Shown: positions 31,972 to 45,871 of the stretch, in pieces
How the letters are laid out: each line of letters starts with the position of its first letter
Numbering within the stretch: the stretch's first letter is position 1
NCBI GenBank assembly: GCA_012295275.1
Contig: CM022677.1
Span: forward strand, 28,210,001-28,274,000
Source of the DNA: Chrysomallon squamiferum
Taxonomy: Eukaryota; Animalia; Mollusca
Direction of reading: 5' to 3'
Length of the DNA: 64,000 nt
Notes under the pieces: model-generated
What the model was told of the DNA's origin: nothing
Databases searched by the model: none
The model's input: the letters and a program-made list of their open reading frames with translations, nothing else
Translations under genes and position numbers: made by a program

Positions 31972-34900
31972 GCTCTTTGTTATTTCCTTTGATTATTTAA
32001 TTTACTTAAATGATATGAGTGAAATTACTTTAAAAGTATTTTTTATTATTGTTATTGTTGTTATTTTTATATTCATAGTCATCATCATCATACTTTACCT
32101 ATTTTATCATTTAGAATATTCTTAAATTAGTTTTGTTATTGTTACTGTTGTTGTTATTTTTATACTGAGTGTCATCATCATCATACTTTACCTAGTTTAT
32201 CATTTAGAATATTCTTTAATTAGTTTTGTTACTGTTACTGTTGTTGTTGTTGTTATTTTTATACTGAGTGTCATCATCATCATAGTTTACCTATTTTATC
32301 ATTTAGAATATTATTTAATTAGTTTTGTTACTGTTACTGTTGTTGTTGTTGTTATTTTTATACTCATTGTCATCATCATCATACTTTACCTATTTTATCG
32401 TTTAGAATATTATTTAATTAGTTTTGTTACTGTTACTGTTGTTGTTGTTGTTATTTTTATACTCATTGTCATCATCATCATACTTTACCTATTTTATCGT
32501 TATTCTTTAATTAGTTTTGTTACTGTTGTTGTAGATCTGACTGACAGAGAGGACATGAAATGTAACAGAACACTACTTGATTCATGTCATACACAACTAA
32601 AAACAAACCTTGATGCTCCTGGGACTGCTAGTCACAAATGCAGGTCAGTGTTAATAATAACAACAACAACATAGAAAACTAATGATGATAATAATGATTA
32701 TAATGATAATAACGATAATAATAATGTTGATGAGGATAATAATAATAATGAAAATAATAATAATGATGATGATAATAATAACGATAATAATTATCATAAT
32801 AATAATACTGATTATGATAACTATAATAATAACATAATAATGATAATGATACTAAAAAGAATAATAATTATTATTATAATAATAATAATGATAATGATAA
32901 TAATAATAATGATAATAATGATAATAATTATAACGATACTTATAATAATAATGATAATGATAATAATAATCATAATAATATATTGGATGATGACACTGAT
33001 GATTAATATGATGATGCATAACAAGAATAGTAACTGTAGGAGTTATGTTAATGACTGAAGTAAAACAAATACACTTGCAATAAAAATAGTGACTTAGTCG
33101 TTATGTTAATGACTGTAGTTAAACAACTGCAGTAAGAGTGAAAATAGTTATGTTAATGACTGTAGTTAAACAACTGCAGTAAGAGTGAAAATAGTTATGT
33201 TAATGACTGTAGTTAAACAACTGCAGTAAGAGTGAAATTAGTTATGTTAATGACTGTAGTTAAACAACTGCAGTAAAAGTGAAAATAGTTATGTTAATGA
33301 CTGTAGTTAAACAACTGCAGTTAGAGTGAAAATAGTTATGTTAATGACTGTAGTTAAACAACTGCAGTAAGAGTGAAAATAGTTATGTTAATGACTGTAG
33401 TTAAACAACTGCAGTAAGAGTGAAAATAGTTATGTTAATGACTGTAGTTAAACAACTGCAGTAAGAGTGAAAATAGTTATGTTAATGAATGTAGTTAAAC
33501 AACTGCAGTAAGAGTGAAAATAGACTTCTAATAAAAATAGCTGAGTGTTGTAGTAACATTAGAGTTAGCCAGGGTCAGTATGACGAGTTAAGACATATTT
33601 TCACCTAATTCATTGATTAGACTTCCTGTATGTCACTGAGTCCTCTATCATTTTGTTCAGCTGTAAACTCTTTCTTCAAGAGTCTCCTTTCTACATGTCA
33701 TTGAGTCCTGTATTATTTTCTAGAGCTGTAATTCTTCAAGTGTCTTCTTTCTACACGTTATTGAGTCCTGTATCATTTTCTAGAGCTGTAATTCTTCAAG
33801 TGTCTTCTTTCTACACGTTATTGAGTCCTGCATCATTTTCTAGAGCTGTAATTCTTCAAGTGTCCTCTTCCTGCATGTCACTCAGTCCTGTATCATTTTC
33901 AAGAGCTGTAATTCTTCAAGTGTCTTCTTCCTGCATGTCACTGAGTCCTGTATCATTTTCAAGAGCTGTAATTCTTCAAGTGTCTTCTTCCTGCATGTCA
34001 CTGAGTCCTGTATCATTTTCAAGAGCTGTAATTCTTCAAGTGTCTTCTTCCTGCATGTCACTGAGTCCTGTATCATTTTCAAGAGCTGTAATTCTTCAAG
34101 TGTCTTCTTCCTGCATGTCACTGAGTCCTGTATCATTTTCAAGAGCTGTAATTCTTCAAGTGTCTTCTTCCTGCATGTCACTGAGTCCTGTATCATTTTC
34201 AAGAGCTGTAATTCTTCAAGTGTCTTCTTCCTGCATGTCACTGAGTCCTGTATCATTTTCAAGAGCTGTAATTCTTCAAGTGTCTTCTTCCTGCATGTCA
34301 CTGAGTCCTGTATCATTTTCAAGAGCTGTAATTCTTCAAGTGTCTTCTTCCTGCATGTCATTGAGTCCTGTATCATTTTGTAGAGCTGTAAACTCTTTCT
34401 TCAAGTGTCTTCTTCCTGCATGTCATTGAGTCCTGTATCATTTTCAAGAGCTGTAATTCTTCAAGTGTCTTCTTCCTACATGTCACAGAGTCCTGTATCA
34501 TTTTCAAGAGCTGTAATTCTTCAAGTGTTTTCTTTCTACATGTCATTGAGTCCTGTATCATTTTCAAGAGCTGTAATTCTTCAAGTGTCTTCTCCCTGCA
34601 TGTCACTGAGTCCTGTATTATTTTGTAGAGCTGTAAACTCTTTCTTTAAGTGTCTTCTTTCTACATGTCATTGAGTCCTGTATCATTTTGCAGAGCTGTA
34701 ATTCTTCAAGTGTCTTCTTTCTGCATGACATTGAGTCCTGTATCATTTTGTAGAGCTGTAAACTCTTTCTTCAAGTGTCTTCTTCCTGCATGTCATTGAG
34801 TCCTGTATCATTTTCAAGAGCTGTAATTCTTCAAGTGTCTTCTTCCTGCATGTCACTGAGTCCTGTATCATTTTCAAGAGCTGTAATTCTTCAAGTGTCT

Positions 34901-37900
34901 TCTTCCTGCATGTCACTGAGTCCTGTATCATTTTCAAGAGCTGTAATTCTTCAAGTGTCTTCTTCCTGCATGTCACTGAGTCCTGTATCATTTTGTAGAG
35001 CTGTAATTCTTCAAGTGTCTCCTTTCTACATGTCATTGAGTCCTGTATCATTTTGTAGAGCTGTAATTCTTCAAGAGTCTCCTTTCTACGACATTGAGTC
35101 CTGTATCATTTTGTAGAGCTGTAAACTCTTTCTTCAAGTGTCTTCTTTCTACATGTCATTGAGTCCTGTATTATTTTGTACAGCTGTAAACTCTTTCTTC
35201 AAGTGTCTTCTTTATGCATGTCATTGAGTCCTGTATTATTTTGTAGAGCTGTAATTCTTCAAGTGTCTTCTTTCTACATGTCATTGAGTCCTGTATCATT
35301 TTGTAGAGCTGTAATTATTCAAGTGACTTCTTTCTGCATGTCATTGAGTCCTGTATTATTTTGTAGAGCTGTGATTCTTCACGTGTCTTCTTCCTGCATG
35401 TCATTGAGTCCTGTATTATTTTGTAGAGCTGTAAACTCTTTCTTCAAGTGTCTTCTTCCTTCATGTCATTGAGTCCAGTATTATTTTGTAGAGCTGTAAA
35501 TTCTTTCTTCTAATGTCTTCTTTCTACATCTGATTGAGTCCTGTATTATTTTCTAGAGCTGTAAACTCTTTCTTGAAGTGTCTTCTTTCTGCATGTTATT
35601 GAGTCCTGTATTATTTTGTAGAGCTGTAAACTCTTTCTTCAAGTGTCTTCTTTCTTCATGTCATTCAGTCCTGTATTATTTTCTAGAGCTGTAAACTCTT
35701 TCTTCAAGTGTCTTCTTTCTTCATGTCATTGAGTCCTGTATTATTTTCTAGAGCTCAAACCTCTTTCTTCAAGTGTCTTCTTTCTGCATGTCATTGAGTC
35801 CTGTATCATTTTGTAGAGCTGTAAACTCTTTCTTCAAGTGTCTTCTTTATGCTTGTCTCTGTGTCCTGTATTATTTTGTAGAGCTGTAAACTCTTTCTTG
35901 AAGTGTATTCTTTATGCATGTCATTGAGTCCTGTATTATTTTGTAGAGCTGTAATTCTTCAAGTGTCTTCTTCCTGCATGTCACTGAGTCCTGTATTATT
36001 TTGTAGAGCTGTAAACTCTTTCTTCAAGTGTCTTCTTCCTGTATGTCATTGAGTCCTGTATTATTTTGTAGAGCTGTAATTCTTCAAGTGTCTTCTTCCT
36101 GCATTTCATTGAGTCCTGTATTATTTTTAGCGCTGTAATTCTTCAAGTGTCTTCTTTATGCATGTCACTGAGTACTGTATCATTTTGTAGGGCTGTAAAC
36201 TCTTTCTTCAAGTGTCTTCTTTCTGCATGTCATTGAGTCCTGTATTATTTTGTAGAGCTGTAAACTCTTTCTTCAAGTGTCTTCTTTCTGCATGTCATTG
36301 AGTCCTGTACTATTTTGTAGAGCTGTAAACTCTTTCTTCAAGTGTCTTCTTTCTGCATGTCATTGAGTCCTGTATCATTTTGCAGAGCTGTAATTCTTCA
36401 ATTGTCTTCTTTCTGCATGTCATTGAGTCCTGTATCATTTTGTAGAGCTGTAATTTTTCAAGTGTCTCCTTTCTACATGTCATTGAGTCCTGTATCATTT
36501 TGTAGAGCTGTAATTCTTCAAGAGTCTCCTTTCTACGACATTGAGTCCTGTATCATTTTGTAGAGCTGTAAACTCTTTCTTCAAGTGTCTTCTTTCTACA
36601 TGTCATTGAGTCCTGTATCATTTTGTAGAGCTGTAATTCTTCAAGTGTCTCCTTTCTACATGTCATTGAGTCCTGTATCATTTTGTAGAGCTGTAATTCT
36701 TCAAGAGTCTCCTTTCTACATGTCATTGAGTCCTGTATCATTTTGTAGAGCTGTAATTCTTCAAGTGTCTTCTTTCTGCATGTCATTCATCCCTGTATTA
36801 TTTTGTACAGCTGTAAACTCTTTCTTCAAGTGTCTTCTTTCTGCGTGTCATTGAGTCCTGTATTATTTTGTAGAGCTGTAAACTCTGTCTTCAAGTGTCT
36901 TCTTTCTGCATGTCATTGAGTCCTGTATTATTTTGTAGAGCTGTAAACTCTTTCTTCAAGTGTCTTCTTTCTGCATGTCATTGAGTCCTGTATTATTTTT
37001 AGCGCTGTAATTCTTCAAGTGTCTTCTTTATGCCTGTCACTGAGTACTGTATCATTTTGTAGGGCTGTAAACTCTTTCTTCAAGTGTCTTCTTTCTCCAT
37101 GCCATTGAGTCCTGTATTATTTTGTAGAGCTGTAAACTCTTTCTTCAAGTGTCTTCTTTCTGCATGTCATTGAGTCCTGTATTATTTTGTAGAGCTGTAA
37201 ACTCTTTCTTCAAGTGTCTTCTTTCTGCATGTCATTGAGTCCTGTATCATTTTGCAGAGCTGTAATTCTTGAATTGTCTTGTTTCTGCATGTCATTGAGT
37301 CCTGTATCATTTTGTAGAGCTGTAATTCTTCAAGTGTCTCCTTTCTACATGTCATTGAGTCCTGTATCATTTTGTAGAGCTGTAATTCTTCAAGAGTCTC
37401 CTTTCTACGACATTGAGTCCTGTATCATTTTGTAGAGCTGTAAACTCTTTCTTCAAGTGTCTTCTTTCTACATGTCATTGAGTCCTGTATTATTTTGTAC
37501 AGCTGTAAACTCTTTCTTCAGGTGTCTTCTTTATGCATGTCATTGAGTCCTGTATTATTTTGTAGAGCTGTAATTCTTCAAGTGTCTTCTTTCTACATGT
37601 CATTGAGTCCTGTATCATTTTGTAGAGCTGTAATTATTCAAGTGACTTCTTTCTGCATGTCATTGAGTCCTGTATTATTTTGTCTAGCTGTGATTCTTCA
37701 CGTGTCTTCTTCCTGTATGTCATTGAGTCCTGTATTATTTTGTAGAGCTGTAAACTCTTTCTTCAAGTGTCTTCTTCTTTCATGTCATTGAGTCCTGTAT
37801 TATTTTGTAGAGCTGTAAATTCTTTCTTCTAATGTCTTCTTTCTACATCTGATTGAGTCCTGTATTATTTTCTAGAGTTGTAAACTCTTTCTTCAAGTGT

Positions 37901-39391
37901 CTTCTTTCTGCATGTTATTGAGTCCTGTATTATTTTGTAGAGCTGTAGACTCTTTCTTCAAGTGTCTTCTTTCTTCTTGTCATTCAGTCCTGTATTATTT
38001 TCTAGAGCTGTAACCTCTTTCTTCAAGTGTCTTCTTTCTTCATGTCATTGAGTCCTGTATTATTTTCTAGAGCTCAAACCTCTTTCTTCAAGTGTCTTCT
38101 TTCTGCATGTCATTGAGTCCTGTATCATTTTGTAGAGCTGTAAACTCTTTCTTCAAGTGTCTTCTTTATGCTTGTCTCTGTGTCCTGTATTATTTTGTAG
38201 AGCTGTAAACTCTTTCTTGATGTGTATTCTTTATGCATGTCATTGAGTCCTGTATTATTTTGTAGAGCTGTAATTCTTCAAGTGTCTTCTTCCTGCATGT
38301 CACTGAGTCCTGTATTATTTTGTAGAGCTGTAAACTCTTTCTTCAAGTGTCTTCTTCCTGCATGTCATTGAGTCCTGTATTATTTTGTAGAGCTGTAATT
38401 CTTCAAGTGTCTTCTTCCTGCATGTCATTGAGTCCTGTATTATTTTTAGCGCTGTAATTCTTCAAGTGTCTTCTTTATGCATGTCACTGAGTACTGTATC
38501 ATTTTGTAGGGCTGTAAACTCTTTCTTCAAGTTTCTTCTTTCTGCAAGTCATTGAGTCCTGTATTATTTTGTAGAGCTGTAAACTCTTTCTTCAAGTGTC
38601 TTCTTTCTGCATGTCATTGAGTCCTGTATTATTTTGTAGAGCTGTAAACTCTTTCTTCAAGTGTCTTCTTTCTGCATGTCATTGAGTCCTGTATCATTTT
38701 GCAGAGCTGTAATTCTTCAATTGTCTTCTTTCTGCATGTCATTGAGTCCTGTATCATTTTGTAGAGCTGTAATTCTTCAAGTGTCTCCTTTCTACATGTC
38801 ATTGAGTCCTGTATCATTTTGTAGAGCTGTAATTCTTCAAGAGTCTCCTTTCTACGACATTGAGTCCTGTATCATTTTGTAGAGCTGTAAACTCTTTCTT
38901 CAAGTGTCTTCTTTCTACATGTCATTGAGTCCTGTATTATTTTGTAGAGCTGTAATTCTTCAAGTGTCTTCTTTCTACATGTCATTAAGTACTGTATTAT
39001 TTTGTAGAGATGTAAACTCTTTCTTCAAGTGTTTTCTTTGTAGATGTCATTGAGTACTGTATTATTTTGTAGAGCTGTAATTCTTCAAGTGTCTTTTTTC
39101 TGCATGTCATTGAGTCCTGTATTATTTTGTAGAGCTGTAAACTCTTTCTTCAAGTATCTTCTTTCTACATGTCATTGAGTACTGTATTATTTTGTAGAGC
39201 TGTAAACTCTTTCTTCAAGTGTCTTCACAAAGGTGACTGTGCAGCTGATCCAGTGGCTAGAAGTATATTTAAAAACAAGTCTGAATCATTAGGATGTGGT
39301 AAAGTTGTTTTTTTTCTTTGTTAATAATCTTCTTCTTCTTGTTCTTCTTCTTCTTCTTCTTCTTCTTCTTCTTCTTCTTCTTCTTCTTCTT

Positions 39392-39469
<78 letters not shown>

Positions 39470-40117
39470 TAATAAACATTTGCTATCCTTGGTAAATATT
39501 GAATTAAACAAATATTTATAAATTGATTTGGTTGACTATTTCGTTTTGAATTAAATCTTGTATTGTATATAGAAATATAAAACTCTGTTTACGAAAGGTT
39601 AATTAAAAGCAGAGTGTGTACTATGTTGACTTACACTGAACAATGAACAAACGCAACAAGCCATCACACTCAGACAAACCAAGAGACACTTGTATATTTA
39701 TTTATTTATTTATTTATTTTATTTAATATTTCATTATTTATTTAGTTATTTATGTTCTTATGTATTTATTTATGTATTTGTTTATTTATTTGTTACAGTT
39801 TCAAAATGTAAGAGTATACTGAATTCGTGTAAAGCAGACTTTCAAACTTATATTGAGGTTCGAATGAAAACACAAGTAGATGAAAAAGACATTTGCACGT
39901 AAGTAGCCTAGTTTCAAAAACTTTATATTATTAAATATGATTTTTTCATTTAGTACACTTAATAGTATTGTTCTTAAAAAGATGTTTCTATTTTGTTCAG
40001 GTTTCCTATTAACACAATTTCTTTAAGATGTGTTGTTGTTGTTGTGTGTGTATGTGTGTGTCTTGCACATGCTTGCATACACCTATGTGCCAGGATGAAG
40101 AAATTCCCACAATGGTG

Positions 40118-40154
<37 letters not shown>

Positions 40155-43100
40155 ACACACACACACAAACACACAATAGAGACACAACTGAAACATATGC
40201 ACACAGAGATATACACACACAAACACATACACACATACTGTAGACACAAACACAGACACACACAGAGAAACACACAGACACAGATATATATACAAAACAC
40301 ACACACAGAGACACAGAGACACACACACAGACACACATATACACAGAGAGACACACACACAATAGTAATTACTGTTATTTACAGAGCAGGTAACAAGTTC
40401 TTAATGTGTGTCCAAAACTACAACTGTGATTATAACAGAGAGATGAAGCTCAGAACTGATTCTATCACAGACAGCGTCAACAGATTTGGCTGCAGTAAGT
40501 AAACATTTGTATATATAATACTGTCATCACTGATTTAAAACACATGTATTTGTTCATTATAAGAGATTGTAAACTTTTGTATATATAATACTGTCATCAC
40601 TGATTTAAAACACATGTATTTGTTCATTATAAGAGATTGTAAACTTTTGTATATATAATACTGTCATCACTGATTTAAAACACATGTATTTGTTCATTAT
40701 AAGAGATTGTAAACATTTGTATATATAATACTGTCATCACTGATTTAAAACACATGTATTTGTTTATTATAAGAGATTGTAATTGACCTGTAAACTACTT
40801 GAGTAGGTTTGACTCTGAGAGCTATAATAAAGCTAACTAGATTACTGGCAGATTCCCTCTGTGCTTTTTATAGCAAATTTCTTCTTTTTATGTGTGTGTG
40901 TGTGTACATACAAACACACATATCTAGTAGAAATAGTTATATATACAGCTTTGTGTACATTAGTAACATTCTCGTAGAAATAGTTATATATACAGCTTTG
41001 TGTACATTAGTAACATTCTCATAGAAATAGTTATATGTACAGCTGTGTACACTAGTAACATTCTAGTAGAAATATTTATATATACAGCTTTGTGTACATT
41101 AGTAACATTCTAGTAGAAATATTTATATGTACAGCTGTGTACACTAGTAACATTAGTAGAAATAGTTATATATACAGCTTTGTGTACATTAGTAACATTC
41201 TCATAGAAATATTTATATATACAGCTTTGTGTACATTAGTAACATTCTCATAGAAATAGTTATATATACAGCTTTGTGTACATTAGTAACATTCTAGTAG
41301 AAATATTTATATGTACAGCTGTGTACACTAGTAACATTAGTAGAAATAGTTATATGTACAGCTTTGTGTACATTAGTAACATTCTAGTAGAAATAGTTAC
41401 ATACACAAAAACTGAACTTCTCTGATTATAGATTAAAATCTTCCTAAGTCGTAATCACAAATATTAAAAAAGGGTTATTTGTGAAAAACCCACAAAAACC
41501 CCCCAACAAATATGTAACATTTACAGGGACAGTCTGATACACGCGATGCACATAAACACACACACACACAAACACATAATATATAGTTAATGTAATTATT
41601 TCTTGTTTTTCAAAGTGCTGCCAGAAGCTGTGATAATGAAATGTAATGTATTTGCTTTTGCTTCTTGTCCTCAAATAGAAGCTGATCATAATACTACACT
41701 TAGAAAAATGTGCAGGTAAGTGTGATCAAGTCTTTTAGTATAGACTAGGACACTGGTTACAGAAGTCATTTAGTATAGACTAGGACACTGGTTACAGAAG
41801 TCATTTAGAATAGACTAGGACATTGGTTACAGAAGTCTTTTAGTATAGACTAGGACACTGGTTACAAAAGTCATTTAGTATAGACTAGGACACTGGTTAC
41901 AGAAGTCATTTAGAATAGACTAGGACACTGGTTACAAAAGTCATTTAGTTTAAACTAGGACACTGGTTACAGAAGTCATTTAGTTTAAACTAGGACACTG
42001 GTTACAGAAGTCATTTAGTATAGACTAGGAGACTGGTTACAGAAGTCATTTAGTATAGACTAGGACATTGGTTACAGAAGTCTTTTAGTATAGACTAGAA
42101 GACTGGTTACAAAATTCATTTCGTATAGACTAGGACACTGGTTACAGAAGTCATTTAGTTTAAACTAGAAGACTGGTTACAAAATTCATTTCTTATAGAC
42201 TAGGAGACTGGTTACAAAAGTCATTTAGTTTAAACTAGGAAACTGGTTACAGATGTTCTAATAAAGAGAATAGTAATAGTAGAAGCTCTATAGTTCATAA
42301 CAGAAGTAAAAGGGTATTGGTAACAATAGATCTGTAATAACAATAACAGTGGTAGCAGAAATACTGAAAGAGTTATTCATAGTTTGTAACACCAGAATTG
42401 TATTAGTAACAGGTTCATAATACAGTGAAATAGTAGTAACAGACGTAGAAATACAGTGAAATAGTAGTAAGAGAAGTAGATATAACATGAAATAGTAGTA
42501 ACAGAAGTAGTAATAATTGTGAAATAGTAGTAACAAGTAGTAATAACAGTGAAATAGCAGTAGCAGAAGTAGTAATAACATGAAATAGTAGTAACAGGAG
42601 TGGCAATAACATGAAATAGTAGTAACAGGAGTGGCAATAACATGAAATAGTAGTTTACAGAAGTAGTAATAACAGTAAAATAGTAGTAACAAGTAGTAAT
42701 AACAGTGAAATAGCAGTAGCAGAAGTAGTAATAACATGAAATAGTAGTAACAGGACTAGTAATAACATGAAATAGAACTAAAATTCTAGTAGAAATAGTT
42801 ATAGAGCTTCGTGTAAATTAGGAACACTAGTAGAAATAGTTATATATATACCTTTGTGCACATTAGTAACATTAGTAGAAATAGTTATATATACAGCTAT
42901 ATGTACATTAGTAGAAATAGTTATATATACAGCTATATGTACATTAGTAACATTAGTAGAAATAGTTATATATATACCTTTGTGTACATTAGTAACATTA
43001 GTAGAAATAGTTATATATACAGCTTTGTGTACATTAGTAACATTAGTAGAAATAGTTATATATACAGCTTTGTGTACAGTAGTAATATACTAGTAGAAAT

Positions 43101-45811
43101 ATTTATATATACAGCTTTGTGTACATTAGTAATATACTAGTAGAAATATTTATATATACAGCTTTGTGTACATTAGTAACATTCTAGTAGAAATAATTAT
43201 ATATACAGCTATATGCACATTAGTAACATTAGTAGAAATAGTTATATATACAGCTTTGTGTACATTAGTAACATTAGTAGAAATATTTATATATACAGCT
43301 TTGTGTACATTAGTAATATACTAGTAGAAATATTTATATATACAGCTTTGTGTACATTAGTAATATACTAGTAGAAATATTTATATATACAGCTATATGC
43401 ACATTAGTAACATTAGTAGAAATAGTTATATATACAGCTATATGCACATTAGTAACATTAGTAGAAATAGTTATATATACAGCTTTGTGTACAGTAGTAA
43501 TATACTAGTAGAAATATTTATATATACAGCTTTGTGTACATTAGTAATATACTAGTAGAAATATTTATATATACAGCTTTGTGTACATTAGTAACATTCT
43601 AGTAGAAATAATTATATATACAGCTATATGCACATTAGTAACATTAGTAGAAATAGTTATATATACAGCTTTGTGTACATTAGTAACATTAGTAGAAATA
43701 TTTATATATACAGCTTTGTGTACATTAGTAATATACTAGTAGAAATATTTATATATACAGCTTTGTGTACATTAGTAATATACTAGTAGAAATATTTATA
43801 TATACAGCTATATGCACATTAGTAACATTAGTAGAAATAGTTATATATACAGCTATATGCACATTAGTAACATTAGTAGAAATAGTTATATATACAGCTT
43901 TGTGTACAGTAGTAATATACTAGTAGAAATAGTTATATATACAGCTTTGTGTACATTAGTAATATACTAGTAGAAATATTTATATATACAGCTTTGTGTA
44001 CAGTAGTAATATACTAGTAGAAATATTTATATATACAGCTTTGTGTACATTAGTAACATTAGTATAAATAATTTATTATGATACCAGTACATAGTAGTTG
44101 AAGGTTAGTAATGATAGTTGTAAATGCAGTAATAGAAATTGAGGTAGTGAAATTAGTAATGGTAGTGGTAATGATATAATTGATAATACTAGTAGTAAAT
44201 GTAGCAGTGTTGATAGTATTACAATTTGCTTTTCACAGAAATGTTTACCAGCACTTCAGGTGTTCTCAACAAGCTGGTTGTGTGAATGATCCAGAGGTCA
44301 AAGATAGATTTGGCAGATTGAAAAATATAGTTCAAGGTTTTGGATGTGGTATGTTTTCTGTTTTCCTGTAAGACTTCATGTTCTCAAGTTGAATGTTTGT
44401 ATGATCTTGTAATTAAGGATAAAAATGCAATTGAATATTTTGGTGTGTTTTCTATTTCTCCATAAGACTTTTGTATGGCTGTTTATGTTACATGTATGTT
44501 GTTGTCAGAAAGATTGTTATTATTTTATTTTACTTTTTATTTATAATTACTAATCATTATGGTTACAGATATGAACCTGACTGTGTATCCTAGATGTACA
44601 GCTGTTGCTGAAGTTAAGTGTCATAAAGACTTTGATGCTTCCATTGATGCTATAAACCTTGTTACCAGTAAATACAGGAGACTGTACATTTGCAGGTAAG
44701 CAGTTTAAATGTGTTTTAATTCTTACTCTGTGAAGCACACGTAGTAATTCTATATTAATATTATTTAAATACCTTTATATAAGTGTCTGTTTATCAAATA
44801 AACAAATATCAGTAATAATAATGTTGTTTATAATGAATATAATAATAATAATTTTGGGCATAATAATACAAAAATAAAATAAAGAATAATTAAGATTTAT
44901 ATTTGTATTATCTGACAGAGCAGCAAACTCACTTCGTCTCTGCCTGCAGCGAGCAGGCTGCTCTGCAGGACCTGTCAGGATGAACACGCAAACCTGGATA
45001 ACCAAAATAAAGAACTTAGGATGCTGTATGTTGTTATTTTCTAAAACTTAACTAACAAGTGTGTACCCTAATGATTTGAGGCAGTGAATGATAACTAAAT
45101 AAACTTAACTAACAAGTGTGTATCCTAATGATTTGAGGCAGTGAATGATAACTAAATAAACTTAACTAACAAGTGTGTACCCTAATGATTTGAGGCAGTG
45201 AATGATAACTAAATAAACTTAACTAACAAGTGTGTACCCTAATGATTTGAGGCAGTGAATGATAACTAAATAAACTTAACTAACAAGTGTGTATCCTAAT
45301 GATTTGAGTCAGTGAATGATTGCTAACTAACTTAACTAACAAGTGTCTATCCTAATGATTTGAGGCAGTGAATGATTGCTAAATAAACTTAACTAACAAG
45401 TGTGTACCCTAATGATTTGAGGCAGTGAATGATAACTAAATAAACTTAACTAACAAGTGTGTATCCTAATGATTTGAGTCAGTGAATGATTGCTAACTAA
45501 CTTAACTAACAAGTGTCTATCCTAATGATTTGAGGCAGTGAATGATTGCTAAATAAATTTCTAATACACTATGAGTCGCTGCATGTCAATCATTCCTTCC
45601 AGTAATCCATCAACATTTTAGCAAACATTAAGCTAGGTTTTTTCTTTCTGTCAGATAATGATATTGATGATAATAATGATTATTAATGCTGGTCTTGTTG
45701 TTTTTATTATTATTATTTTTATTATTATTATTATTATTATTAATTATTAACTATTACTATTATCATTAATTATTGTTATTGTTATTTATTATATTTATTA
45801 TTATTATTATG

Positions 45812-45871
<60 letters not shown>

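Noticed and set aside
33653-38882. Satellite ORFs ([20 protein letters not shown]; [11 protein letters not shown]) as independent genes
   Set aside because: Arise from 60-bp units lacking stops; no start or donor context.
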